From Magallana gigas (lineage: Eukaryota), in NCBI RefSeq assembly GCF_963853765.1, contig NC_088855.1, forward strand, positions 31,682,001-31,746,000: DNA of 64,000 bases, read 5' to 3'. The translations under genes and the position numbers were made by a program. The notes beneath the pieces were generated by a model. That model made no database searches. It had not been told where the DNA came from and saw only the letters and a program-made list of their open reading frames with translations. Shown piece after piece: positions 1 to 14,400 of the stretch (the stretch's first letter is position 1; the number at the start of each line of letters is the position of its first letter).

Positions 1-236
1 ATCATATTGCTGGATTATGATCCTGGTCATTCTGTTTTAAATGATTGTTTTTTAAATATATCCAACAAATCCATATAAATGGAAATTAAACCGGTGTTGT
101 GTCTTCCTTCGTTGTTTTGCTTGGGTTGGTGATCAATTCAGTATCGGTACGCCAGACAATGGGTTTTCTGTTCCTTTGTCATTTTACACTTCGATCGTGG
201 TTTTAAACTTACAAGAATTTAAAAAAAAAATCTTAC

Positions 237-2461
237 CCTTAACAGTGGTAGTGGATAATTCTTTTGTTACCATTTCTTTTGTTTCTTCTATGGGGTCCTG
301 ATTTGGTTTCGAATTTCCCTCCAATTTCGAAAATGTTGTGTCGTCTGTTAGTTCGGGCATTGGTGTGTCGTCTGTTAGTACGGGGTCTAATTCTTCTGTC
401 TCCTGTTCACTGCTTGTTGTAGTTTTCATGACGGGCATAGGAAGAGGGCATTTCATCACGTAATCTGTATAATTCCTCGCAAAATAACGCGCCATCATGT
501 GAATCTGAGGACATGTTTGACTCGTTGATAAGCATAATTCCAGGTCTTGGTATGTCCTAAGTAAATCAATATGCAAAAGATTATACACAGTTAAAAAATA
601 CAAGCATCAAAGATTACATACTAGTATTTCATTATTTATTTGAATTCCCACTTTGCATAATTATCCTCTCAAACTAGACTTGATAACATTCTTTTTTAAT
701 TTAACAATAAAAGCAAACATGTATAATGTTAGAATATTATTTTCTTAATATCAGAACTTAATTTTACTTATGTTTTCAGAAGGCACCCTTAAACGTTTGC
801 AGAATTTTACACGCATGTACAAAAATTCAATCCTAGAGTTGTTAATCAAAATTCTAAGCAATGATTGTGTACTAAATATTGATTTCCTTATGAATCATTT
901 TTTATAATTTGACACAGTACTTGCACTGTGATCCCGCTAGGTTCAGGTTGTGTGTGGTCGTACATCGCTCCAGGACATCCCACGCGGTGTCAATGTCAGC
1001 GCATCCTGGCGGGAAAAAAGTGCACAATGAAGTGAAACATACCGGCTAGAGACACATACAGGCTTAGAGCAAAAATCATGGTAACGATTAAAGTAATTAA
1101 TATAAGAAAGTAACCTTTTTAAAAATTGTTTTTCAATTTTATCAAGTTATGAACTTTAGTAATTTGACCGCGTCCCACATACGTGTTCATACAGGATGTA
1201 AAATGTCTATTACATACTTATTGGTTGAACTGATGTTATTTAGATTTACTGATAAAAAAAATATAAAAAGTTTTTTTTTTCGTTTTGGACAATGAATCTC
1301 TAATTTTCCACAATGAAACGGACTAATGCGCATGCTTCATATATAAAACAGTTTGAGTTTCGTTACCTTAATACGTGCGAATAATTTGTAAATGTATCAG
1401 TAATAAATATTTTACCGCGCAAAAAGAAAGAAATGGGAATTTTAGCCCTAATATTTTATATTTAAGTTTATAGCCCATATCTCCCTTAGGTAATAAAATA
1501 AGTAAATTGAGATTTTTTTTTTAAAACATCTAAGATCCCAGACCCACATTTGCTGTATTGAGAATTGCACGAGTCGTAAATTTCTTTATTAATATAAATA
1601 GTTTGGTAAAATAAAAAAAGGATATCATAAGTTCGGTAAAACAATTTTTTCAATAAAAAAAAGATGAATATTTGCAACACATTGTATGCTGAATCACCAA
1701 CAATCAGCAAAAAATTATGTTTCAATGAGTAGCTAAAAGTAGCTAAAATGCTTATTAAATAATAAATAAGTTTTTTCTATTTATAATAACAATCTTATTT
1801 ATATACTTCAACACATAAATTGTAAGAATAATAATTTTTATCCATTCCCCAATTTTATGACATAAATGCCACCACTGAACATATTTGGACGTTTTATTTC
1901 AAACCTTTACTAAAAAATTAGCTGCATGCCATCCTCACCGGATTCACAAATATATTCGAACACGCGGATTGTGTCGTCATCAAACCCACGTGAGAACAGT
2001 TTCTCTCCAAAGCTACATTGTGAGCCCCCGGACAGGGCAGTGGTTTTGCAATCCAGGCTTTCTTTGTAAGAACTGTGCCGAAAGGAAAGGAAACGTAAGC
2101 AGGTCTTTAGTGTATTTTTAGTTGAAGAAAATCTTAATACGACCACGCGTGAGTGAATGTAACAAACATTACAAAAACTTTATCTACAGTTGAAAGAAAA
2201 CTAACTTGCAAAATTGGTGAAATTTCTTCTCGAAAAACAAAACATTGTTTACATGGGATGGACACAACTGAAGATCCTCCATTACTGGACAAACTGTAAA
2301 TAAAGATTTAGCATAATATCAATGGGTACATACATCAACATTAGCAATATTAGATGAAAATCAACTTAACAACACCCCCCCCCCCCCCTCCTTTCCGCTC
2401 ACCCCCCCCCCCCCACCGCCAAATGAATAAAATCTAAACGCCTTCAACATTTTAGACTGCC

Positions 2462-2499
<38 letters not shown>

Positions 2500-3328
2500 T
2501 AACTGGATGTCGCAATCACATCTTCCTACACAAAGAATACCTAATTCGTTCGCTCTTACGTTCGGAACATTTTCCTTGCGTATTTCTCTGGACGCTTCGT
2601 AGTCTGTAGTACTCCTCTTCGTCTCCAGCCCATTCGCAATCAACTACGGCCTCATTCAAACATGATGTTTGGAAATCCTTTTTCTTCCTGTTGGCACCGA
2701 TGCAAAAAAAAATCAGACAGGAATTTAGTGCAAAATTTATTAATAATTCAGTTTAGCATTAATACTACACGTATTTCGTACAATAAATTTAATAGTTTAC
2801 TGTTAACTTTGTGCGACTAAGATAAAAATATTATAGTTTGACAATTATTTCAATATTTTACTATAAGAAATTCAGGATAATTCTTTATATATATATATCA
2901 TAAAAATTTAGAGTTCATACTCACAGACAGAACTCTATGACGTAAGAATCATCTATTTGTGCTAGTGTTTCGTTGAATTCTTCCCCCAACGATTGAGCAC
3001 AGTTCCCTGCCGTGGGACAAAGCCATGGCTGGGCATTTGTCTCCAGTACACACACACCTGTAACATGCATTTACCAGGGGTTTATTTCGTGGGGAAATAA
3101 AATCAATAAACATGGATGTGATAAAATATTGTTTATTATATGATTAGGTCAATAAAAATGAATAATTATGGGGAAAAAATATTAAGATCAGTGATGTTTG
3201 TTAAATGGAAAATTGCCTCTCGTCCATGTCGGAAGCATTTCGTCTATTCTATAACTGCAAATGGGATCAGAAAAAGTGAAATTCTTACCAAGTACAAAAA
3301 GATAAAGCAATGACAAAGTCCAAGCCAT
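237..3328 (-). CDS. Uncharacterised secreted or surface protein: signal peptide, Cys-rich N-terminal domain, Thr/Glu/Pro-rich mucin-like region (3' end unresolved)
   Basis: Phase-consistent GT-AG exons 3328-3289, 3057-2925, 2072-1939, 1005-921 and 556-237. They read MAWTLSLLYLFVLGVCVLETNAQPWLCPTAGNCAQSLGEEFNETL...FCLSYKESLDCK...YICESGCADIDTAWDVLERC...SQCKTYQDLELCLSTSQTCPQ...KTTTSSEQETEELDPVLTDDTPMPELTDDTT. The last exon ends at a GTAAG donor; I could not identify the next exon with confidence. Confidence 0.75.
2461..2497. repeat. (ATG/GAT)n microsatellite
   Basis: catgatgatgatg... run inside an intron of the first gene; it produces the spurious poly-Ile ORF 2452..2643. Confidence 0.9.
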
Positions 3329-5176
3329 CCTTGAAGCGCAATACCATACAGAAAAAAAGGTTATTTTACTACAGTAAAATGTTTGGTGATGATTAACTCA
3401 CTTCCGGGGCGACATCGAGTGGAAGTGCGTACTTGGTCTTATCATGCGCCATCAGTCAATTATATCTGGCCAAACTCTTTCAAAAAATTGTCTCATTCTC
3501 TTCAATTGTAACAAATTAAAAAATAACCACCACACACACCAAGAATTAAGACGCAAAGAGTTCTCGAGTCTCTCGAGTTTGCCTATAGAGACTTAGCTCA
3601 AAGCTCGAGAGTTTGAAAGTGTGACGTATCGTATACAATTAATTTTTATTTATATTCAGTATAAGGGACAAAATGACACTGTGGATGATTTACCACTTAG
3701 CGCACCAATTTAGCTGATGAAATTATGCGTCCCGATAAGTACTCTTTGTCCGGCAACCGTAAAAAAGCCCCTTTGGGATCCTTTACTGCTAGACTTTGTT
3801 GAATTCTGCTGCCTAGAGACGCTTGTAAAGTCTGCACAAATATGGACTTATTTCGGAAACTCTAACAGACAACATCAATATTGAACAATTTTTCATAGAG
3901 ATAAGCGCTGTTATCTTTTTTTTTGGATACGTTATAACGACCTTTCATAAGGATTATATTATCGGATGTAAAAGCCTGCATCAAAATGGGATAATCATTA
4001 AGTATCCCGGCAGCTTTCAGGGTACCCAATCGCAGTTCCTGGGGTCTTTCCGACAAGCTCTACCGGAAAGACCTGAACAATTGACAGGGTACCTTCCATG
4101 CAGGTCATATGAGCATGTGTACATGAAAATGTCAGTGCATGTAATTTATCGATCAGTAATCACGTGACAGGATGAAATACTTTAAGTTCAACAAGTATGT
4201 ATACTGTTCGCCCACCTACCATACATGTACATGTATGATCATATTATGCTGCTCTGCTTGTAAAACCGGTTATCAATGCAGGATATTTAGATCAATACTA
4301 CCAAACTATACATAGGCTGGAGAGATCTTTATCGTCCCTTCTATACCCTATCCCACCCAAAATATGAACAAGTCATGTAATTGAAGAAGGAATGACATAC
4401 CAAAATGTAGGAAAAAAAACGTGAATGTTTTGCTTTTGACATCGCCTATAAATCTCGGACCAACAAGGAAAATAATCCTATATCTACAGCTTTGATCTGA
4501 GATGAAATACAACAACATTTCCTTTGCTACGTGTAACTAAATATATGTTAGAATACGTCAACTGCACTTTACCACATGTGATGGAATGAATAAACTTCCT
4601 TATAAAAGGGAAAACCTCCGGTTTAATATCATTTTAACTTTAAGGTTCATTTATGCACGAAATATATTGCACTTGAAGATAGCATGAAAAAGAGAATAAG
4701 TAAAATGTTCCTTAATAATTTAGTAACGTCTTTATAGCTAGGATACCGCAACACAGACTCTGTTGCATAGAAAACAAAACAGAACCAAATTAGATGCATA
4801 GGGCGTCCCTCTACGCGTTTGAACAGAAACAAATCAACTGCTTTGCATGATTTCACAAACTGACCAATTCTACACGGACAAAGACAGACGGCTTAATTTA
4901 AGCATCAAATTAACAAGATTTATTGCGGCGGAGTGGGAGAAAATTTTTATCTTCCATCCATCGTTTTCCGTTCGCACTCTCAAGCCGCCGAGGTTAGAGT
5001 TCATTGAGAAGTCAGCGATCACATGGCGAGCTGTCAATGACTTTACGTAAACTGAAACTCTAATTATTCCGAATATTTAAAGACAATATCGCCATAATAC
5101 CTACATGCATGCGTGTCCGTTCGTCCTGGGTGAGTTAACAAAGGGTACTTTAAACCTATCCCCGCGATGGGATGCT

Positions 5177-5184
5177 ATAAAAGG
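5177..5184 (+). promoter_or_regulatory. Candidate TATA box upstream of ADAMTS-like gene A
   Basis: TATAAAAG lies upstream of a strong donor (ctaaag|GTGAGT near 5575) that may end a 5' UTR exon. The start site is not determined. Confidence 0.3.
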
Positions 5185-6077
5185 AGGAAAAAAGCCGACT
5201 GTTGAGATTTTAATGGCCGTACGTGTGTGTTTCTAAATTACGTATCCGCACGACATCTACGGGACTGAACTTTCGCAATGAATTTTGTATTTTTGCCGTC
5301 GGTTGTCAAAAAATGAAATTTAATTAAGCTTCGCTTTATGCATGCGGTGATAACAGGAAGATTAGCAATACAGTGACATGTAGGGAGAACTGTTGTGTTG
5401 ACTTGTTTACAGTTTACCACGTGTGTGTATCAGTGTGTGTTCATACCGATAATATGGTTTGTAGATGATGGTTTTACCAGAAGTAATGCCATCGCAGCCT
5501 CTGGTTGCTGTCTGTCTATTTGATCTGAAAATCGTGGATTGAATCCTGCGGTTTCTAATCAAAAACTTCCTAAAGGTGAGTTCAAGTTATCTACCTGTAT
5601 GAGTGAAAAAAGAAGGCGTGCCTTAAATCAATACCGTATTCATCGATAATTATATATTCAAATGTCAAATTTTTTTCAATCGCTATTTAAGGTATATTCG
5701 GAACTTGAAGTAGACGTTGGAATATAACTATGACAATCTATAAGTTTGGGAGGAGATAATTCACAGACGATTTCATAAATGGATATTAAATCATTTCTAT
5801 GGTTATCGATTTTCGTAAGTATAAATCTTATTTATCAATGGTATTTATTACGTGTTAATCGATTGATATGAATTTGAAAATAATGCTCATATCTCTCTCT
5901 CTTTTATCATTTGTTCGGTTTTAAAGAACAATCGAATTTGAACTTTGAATATTCAAGTAAAAATTACTCCAATATTCTTACTTTCTGCATTTCTTTTGGC
6001 GTAGTTTTTTTTACGTCACAGCTTTAAATGACGTCATTATCAGGAGTTTTAAATAAAAACTTAAATTCGTGATAAAA

Positions 6078-8414
6078 ATGAATTTGAAAGTACTGAGAGA
6101 CATCCTAGGTACTATCCTATTTCTTATAACGCAGCTTTCGTGTTTGTCGGCGGGACACACTGGTTCGAATTTCTTAAGGAACAAAATGGAACGCCAAGGA
6201 CTGACCGACATAGAGTCGACAAACCTTTTGTTCAGCAACAATGATATCAGGTATACATGAAATAATCAAAGTTTCTCTATGTGTTTAACATGAAGGTATA
6301 ACTAATACATGTATTATAAAAACGAAATTAAAATTGTGTTTAACAACATTTATTATACTATAAGTAACTGTTTCTTAAGTTTATACATAAAATTAGAAAC
6401 AAAAATTATATAATATGTTGAGGGTTGAATTTCCTGAAAATATGTACTGTTTTGTGACAAAGTATAGTGCATTCGATTGATCTCCCATATTATGATAAAT
6501 AGGTTCAAACGAGGAATAGCGAAGGGTGAGTTGTTAACACTTGAGGTACAGTTTGGATACAGAGGGGAAAACTTCAGTATACAGCTGAGTACTCCACGAC
6601 AGATTTTACACCCATCGGCCGAAATACTTTCTCAAACGGATGAGACAAGTGTTCGATGGACAAAAGATCATCCAGATTGCTTTCTTACTGGAACCGTGAC
6701 GTCACATCCTGGTATTGCCTCCTTTTCAATCTGTGATCAAATCGTACGTAAACTTAATTAACTTTTATCAGAAAAGCTTTTGCTTCTCTTTCTTTGTCAA
6801 TTTTACCATATAACGAATTATATCAAAGCTGAAAGCCTACAGTTTTAATATCTGCTAGCAAGACACTTAATTACATTTTGAAAAATTAACAACGTATTAT
6901 TCGTGATAATTTAACCTATTGGTTTTTAATTACTTTTACGAACTTAATTTGAAAAAGATTTTTAAAAAAATGAGGATGCAAATAGAAACAGTAAAATTAT
7001 GTGGTCAATATGATCTATTTTATCGGAGAGTAAAAGCGAATTTAGAAAAAAGCGAAAATAGCGATTAATTTTTTTTTCTAATGGCACTTTCAATCAAACA
7101 TTCATTAACCGCCAAAGTAGAAGGCATTTCGTCAAAATACAGAAGAATCAAAACAATTTCAAGCCCAGTGAGCTGAATTTAAGATATTTCATCCCATGTT
7201 ATCAACCCTGGTTTTTAACTTTTTGTACTAAAAATATGATTTTGATCAGTCATCTGTGAATACAGTGCACACTAGTATTTTTCATCCTTTGATGAATTTT
7301 TAATGCCAGAAAAATTGGTTCTTACGCATTCTTCTGTATGCCAAGTAATTTTACACTTTTTAGGAGTATTAATGTGCAATGTAATTGATTCTGATAATTG
7401 AAAAAAGATTTATCTAAAAATTATCATACACTACAGTGCAAATAGGTCAGGTTAGATTTATCACACCCATATAACTTTTTTTCCCTATTTTTAGAGCTAT
7501 TTAGAGGATTTATCCGCAGGGACTAGACCTAAATAACACAATTTTGGCATCACAAAAGACATACCTAGAAGCAATAAACGCATAACGACTTTATAGAAAT
7601 TACTTTGGTTATTTCAGATTGGGATTATAAAGGCTGGTAACAATGATCTTCATGTACACTCTTTATCTGGAACTTCAAAACGAGGATCTATACAGGTGCT
7701 TGTTGGGCGACAAAAAGAAAGGGATTCTCCATCAAATCATTTACACGGTAATTATTTAAATATTTAGACATAAATGTACAAAAAATTGAGTCTAGAGGTA
7801 AACATTTGACAAAACAAAGACAAATAAAGATAATGAACATGATTTTAGTTCATTTCAATGACCAATTCTTCAGCCAATTTAGAGAAGCTACAAGAACACG
7901 AAAGAAGCAGACGGTCGGTGACGTCACACAACATCACCATAGAGATGGCGGTGTACACGGACGCTGCCTACACACAGGCCATATTGGTGAAAGACTTCTC
8001 CAAGAGACTGGAACACATTCTTCTCAAGTATTACGCCGTACGTTTGTCATTAAAACAATTGGTACAAAAAATCTAATAACAGAAAAGATTTATGTCTATC
8101 GGATAAATTGTTGAAAAGTTGAGCTCTAACGTGTCGGTATGTTTTATCGCATACCTTTGTAATGGAATGAAAAGATTGACAGTTAAGATACTGTGATGTA
8201 ATGTTCATTGATTTTCATTGAGTCAGACCTTGATATAAAACAATCCTTTTTGACTCTGAATAATTGATACTAATTGCGTAATGAAGTGGACCAAAACTCT
8301 GACAATGAAAAAATATATCAACAGGTTCAGATGGAATGGTCAAGGTTCGATATGCTCGGGTACCACGTGCAACTTGTTCTGAAGAAAGTTCACTTCTATG
8401 AAACGAACCCTGTA

Positions 8415-8475
<61 letters not shown>

Positions 8476-11400
8476 AAATGATCTCATTCATGTATATCTC
8501 TAATTATCTCTTTCATCTCTCGGTAAATCAGTTAATTATTTTTTTTAAAATTAATTAAACAAAACGCATCCATTTCCTAGTCTTGGTACAACTCCTCGGC
8601 AACGTTACTAGGGAGCGTGCTGTCCACTTTCTGTGTGGCTACTAAGGATGATGGAGCATTCGATATACGATATATGCATGTCGGGTAAGAGACTGTTCTG
8701 TTTTACCACATTATAACATGCTTTCCACAGTTAATATATACGTAAATGAATATGTACACGAATACAAAGATAAACCCGTGTGCGTCATCATTTTTTTTCC
8801 TTATTTCTATAGTTACAGTGTATGACTTGAAAAATGTTTAATATTCTTGTTTGTTAGATACCTCCATATGTTTATATATTACATAACATAATTATGACAA
8901 AAAGAGGAAATATTTGCTGGAAGACAAGACTGTTTAGTCAACAAGAGCACCAACACAGGGCTTAAAAACCAATTATGTTTACCACCCCAAAACGATGTTT
9001 ACAGCTGTTTGCTAATTTATACTGGCAAACTTAATTTCGTGAAATAAATCATGCATAGGTTGTTTCAAAAAACTACCGTCGATTTTATGTCACTTTTATT
9101 ATGTTAATATGGGAAGTAATCGCAATTGCATTGGAAACTAAAAATATTTACCATACATGCAGTAAACCTATTTTAAAGCCCTTTTTTTAGGCGATTTTTT
9201 TTAGACAATCATATTTTTCTATTACTCTGTCCTTCATTGCAGTGACTCCCCGACCTGGATGTGTAGTTATGATTATGTATCAATTTTCTATCAATCTTTC
9301 CTCTATTACAAAGTCTGACCAACCTGGACGTCCTGGGGCGGGCCTACCAGAACTCTGTGTGTAACCCGACCTACAACTGTGCCGTAGACACGGCGACAGG
9401 CGCCGCCAGTTTTGCCGCCACGGCGCATGAAATTGGACACCTGTAAATATTTTCTTTACAATTAATATTGTTTACATAAATACCGGTATGCAATGAATCA
9501 TAATTATCCTAATTATTAACATGTACCATGTTTCCACATCAGACTTGTCAATGTAGATTACAACATTATGTGTATATGAACTGATTTGAATTCTCCATCG
9601 ATATTGTGTTTATACTGTACTCTCCACTGATCACTTTACCAGAAACGACAAGGGTACGTACATACATGTAATCTCTTGAACAGTGGTGCAGGGTTTTCGA
9701 TTGGGATGTAGAGGTGGTTTTCTTGAACTTTCAGCGTAGAATGTTATAAACCCTCCATGCATGTGTTTATATATATACAATATATGTAATTAGACACCCT
9801 TCAAGGTTTCTTTACTTTTTAATCCAGAAATAAGGTTTACTGGTACATAAGTATGTGTGGGAAAATATAATCTCGTTTCTCCGAGAGAAGCGAGACCGAC
9901 CGTGGCTTTACGGCATTGTGAAATCACGCGTATTTATCAGAGTGATTTCGTATTAGACAGGTTGCATTGAAATGATCTAGTTACTATGCAGATATATTTT
10001 TGTAACCTAAAACGTCCATCGTAAATTGAAAAATAATTGATTGCAGAATGACAATTGACAGTCTATTCATTGTTTTACAACAACATTTATGTTTAAATTA
10101 TGCGTGAAATGTTACGCGACCATTGAAAGAATAGAATACGAGGATACGACCAGAGAGCATTTCTGAAACAGTTAGTTATGAAATAAAAAAAAAACCATGC
10201 ATATTTTATAGTATCCAAATCGTTATTAGAAATGGTTATATATTATTCATAAATTCACGAATTTTGTTGTAGTATGGGAATGATGCACGATGCCGACCGA
10301 GGCTGCACCGGAAGTAACATTGGTGTGATGGGCGGATACGGAACTGGTTGGAGTAGCTGTAGTAAAAGCGACATGGACGCTCTATTGCAGTGAGTTTTAC
10401 AACCAACCGCGCGGGATATACTGTAACGTTGTTTTTGCTCAGACTAGAATGACGCAATGTCATTCGATAAAACGCGTCATATGATTTTCGTCATTGTTTA
10501 CAACTAGATTTCAACAAATGGCGGCCGTGACATTTTGTTTTCAATGAATGTCAAACTTGTCTTCAATTTACATATAGTTTTGGTATTCGAAAGAACAAAT
10601 CACTTAATAGGTTAGCTACTGGCATATTTCTGACACATAAGACCGTCAGTAACAAACATGTACGTAACTTCATTCAACCATGTGCTTAGTTGATACAATA
10701 CTGTGTACAGGGTTATTTTCGCCCCGTGTAATATTCGCCCTTCTACCTTTTCGCCATTTTGCAAACAGTTTCGCCCCGTCTTGAATTCACCAAGACACAG
10801 CTGTGTGTAAAGAAAAATAATTGAAGACATCAGAATTCGCCAAGTCTTAAATTCGCCCGCTAACAACGAGGGCGAAAAGGACGAAAATAAAACGGGAGCG
10901 AATATTTCCATGTAGACAGTAGTATCCAATTAAATTACGCGTGCGGTTATTGTTTACGGTCGTTTTAAAATTACTAACAATCTGTAATTTTACAATAAAG
11001 GAAAGGAGGGAAAAATTGCCTTTGGGAAGAAAATATTCCTTCCGGAGATGTTCAACAGAACCTGGCTGATATCGCAATCAGTCCCAGTATACCGGGTATT
11101 CGGATATTAAGTTATTTCTCTCTGACAAATTCGTAAAATTAATAGACTTTGATTTATAAGTTCTGATATGAGTTTTGATTCAGACATCGATTTACCCCAC
11201 TTCTTTTCAGGTCAGCAGTACTCGCCTGATCAGATATGTGAACTCAAGTATGGTTCTGGATATCGATTTCGGAAGTATCCAAAATTGGATGTATGAATAT
11301 TTATACATTTGCTATTTTAGCTTAAATTTAAAAAAATCCTTACTTCGCTTAAAATTGGCATTTATATTTAACCAATCCGTTTACTACCTTTTTAATAAGA

Positions 11401-14400
11401 TCAAAATCTCCTCGGATGATTTTCTTCGAAAGGACGTAATCGATAATTTTCAAACAAGTTATCTTTTCTAGGAGGTTGTGTGAATATATGTAAATTTTGA
11501 AGAATTGTCATTTTTGTATCCCATCTTTATAAGGAAGCTAAACAAACTTCTGAATTAACAAATAAAGTGTGTATATTTCAGTAAGATACAAATTAATTTC
11601 AGATCTATTTACTAAACTAGTTGATACTCACAATGCACTTAATGTAATGAAATGGATATTTTGATTTAACATTAGGTACAATTTGACTAATAAAAGAAAT
11701 AATGATAAAATTTACTTATTTTAATTTTTATAGTCGGTTTCTGCAGATCAGAATGAAAGATTCTTACGTTATTTTTTTTAAATAAAAAAAATTCAAGTTA
11801 CTAGTACTTAATTTATATTGTAAAATAACAAATTTTTAAAAAATCGCATCTTATTATATATTTTAACTATCACTCAAATTTTGTAGACAATTCTTCAACT
11901 TGATTGAAACTGTTGGATTATCTTGTAGGTGTGTGTGCTATACTCATGTGCCAATCACAATCATGCTCAAAGTAATTACGGCCAAATGTTTAGAGAAGGC
12001 ACGTCCATTTTTGGCATGTACTGTGATAAAAGTAAAGTAAGTTTACATTTTATCAAATATCGAAAAATTACGTTTACATTACGATAATCATTGATCAGAG
12101 TTTGCATCTAAGTGAACGGTTTCAATTATTTAAGAAAGACAACGAATGAACATGTATGTTCACCAACATAAAAATTAATTTGTTTGAAGATCTGTTTTAA
12201 AATGGGCTGTGTGGATGCATCAACCGCCAAACTAACCAACCTGGTGGAGCGTGAAGGTGGGTGGAGTCAATGGGGGCCCTGGACTGGGTGTACCAGAACA
12301 TGTGGGCGGGGCATCAACTACCGGAAGCGGAAGTGTGACAATCCAGCGTAAGCACGTGGTCAATGAAATTCGGTCCACTTTGCTACCCTTTAAAAGGGGG
12401 AGGGGAGTGGAGTTGACCGTAAACCCTGTCTACCGAAAATGACATAAGCATCGAACAACGTATATATAAAATCTAGAAGCATATCTTTTTTTTATTACTA
12501 AAACTATTATAGATAACTTGACAAACGTTCTTCCTTATTCAGTCCCATCAATTTCGAGGGTTGTCAAGGTGATGGATACGAAGCTGAAGCGTGCAATAAG
12601 GAGGTATTTAATATAGTATCTTTTGACAGTGCTTTCATTGTTATCTATAAATCTATACATAGAACAGTGATTTGTTAAGATATCACAATTCAACATCATA
12701 AGTTTCATATCACTGACCAGGAGTAGCGATTTCTTTCTATCTAGATTTGAAAAAAAATCGATTCAACAAATATTTGATGATCAATCGATGTAACAGTTTC
12801 AGATTATTGGTGAAAAATGATTGGTAAAAAATCGATGTTACAGATTTGTAAAACCGAAGTTACATATTTGTTAGTAAAACGTCGTATTTCTTCTTCTTTT
12901 GTTCTCAGCCATGTCCCAGTGATAGCTCTGACCTTGCAACATTGAGAAATCAGCGGGCAAGTGAGACGTGTAAGAGACTAAGGGACAACAATGTGATCAA
13001 CCCTGACCTCTACAACGAAACGGGGTCAAGGTATTCCAATATAGGTACACACTACTAATGAAGATAGTTTAGCCTAATGGTGTCTGAAAAATTATTCAAA
13101 ATTATTTGAAATATAAATAAATGACAAATTTAAAGTATTCAAATATATTTTTTATATATATAAGATACACACAAACCTAAAATTAAGATTTGTTTTACAA
13201 ATAAGACCACGGTCAATGTGAGGTGACCTGTGACCCCGCCCCCGGGCACACCACCCCAGACTTTACAAGATTCGGGTTTATGCCGGACGGTGTGGCATGT
13301 ACTGGAGGATCTGACCCCTGGGATCTAGACAACTGGCCCCGGAATTCCGGATCTTACTACATGTGCTTAGACGGTCTATGTCAGGTATGTATGCACTAAT
13401 GGTTATTTACTTGCGTTTTACTGATTCTGGCATTATGTTCGATGTCAAAAGAATGAATTTAGTTGAAAATGAATGATATTTTACTTTATAAGAGGTTTGG
13501 ATGTGACGATAAATACAACGGAATGACGTATGACGAATGTGGGGTATGTGGGGGAGATAACTCTACCTGTACTGTGGTATCGCAAGTGTTCACTCAGACA
13601 CAAAGCAAAGGTGAAGTACACATTTTTTCCTTTATTATTAAACTGTCACGACTACTTTAGAAGTGCAATACTTTAAAACTCTGTTTTTTCAACAGGTGGC
13701 CGCCTTACTGTTGCTACACTCCCCACTGGAGCCTTCAATATCCAATTTTGGTTTCCTTTTAAAGAGATGGGCGGCAACTATTTAGGTAACGTGACTTTTG
13801 TTTTCTTTTGATGAGATTTATTTGTCTATCAACACAACGAAATTTAGTTTTGTTTATTTAAAGAAAAAGTATTTTGGTTCCATAGAAATTTACGACAAGC
13901 AAGGGAAGGTAATTTTGGCCAGCCTGTATTCCGGAAAGTTTGATACAAGAAATGACCCAATAGTGTTCGCTGGTACCGAGTGGCACTTTTACTTCCATAC
14001 ACAGTTTCTTCACGCTAAAGGACCACTGAAAGAAACATGTGAGATCAAGGTACCCACCATCAATGATAATGCATGAAGTCCTGTTATTAACTTTTGATAT
14101 AAATCATAGTAAAAAAAAATAGACAGGTACTAATATGGATGAATATCTACAGTTGTTTCAGTATGAGGCCAACGGCAATGTTGGTGTAAACTACATATAC
14201 TCGGAATCTAAACCAGGTAAATTTGACCCCTTTCCTTCTTTTTTTTTTTTAGAAATCGTGTAAATACTTTTCCTTGTGTCTTTTTCCCATTATCTTAATA
14301 ATAAAAACAACATGTCCTTAATTCATTTACATCCATGTTTGCAGTGATTTTCGACTGTGATTTTGAGGGCTCTACGGGATGTGGGCTCACTATGAATGGT

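Noticed and set aside
1043-1079. Apparent signal-peptide mini-exon MIFALSLYVSLA with a GT donor
   Set aside because: It would need a 37-nt intron, and the upstream exon 2072-1939 already joins in phase to 1005. Likely chance.
8215-8558. RERERE and SLSLSL ORFs
   Set aside because: Translation of the (CT)n microsatellite; only 8325-8411 is exonic.
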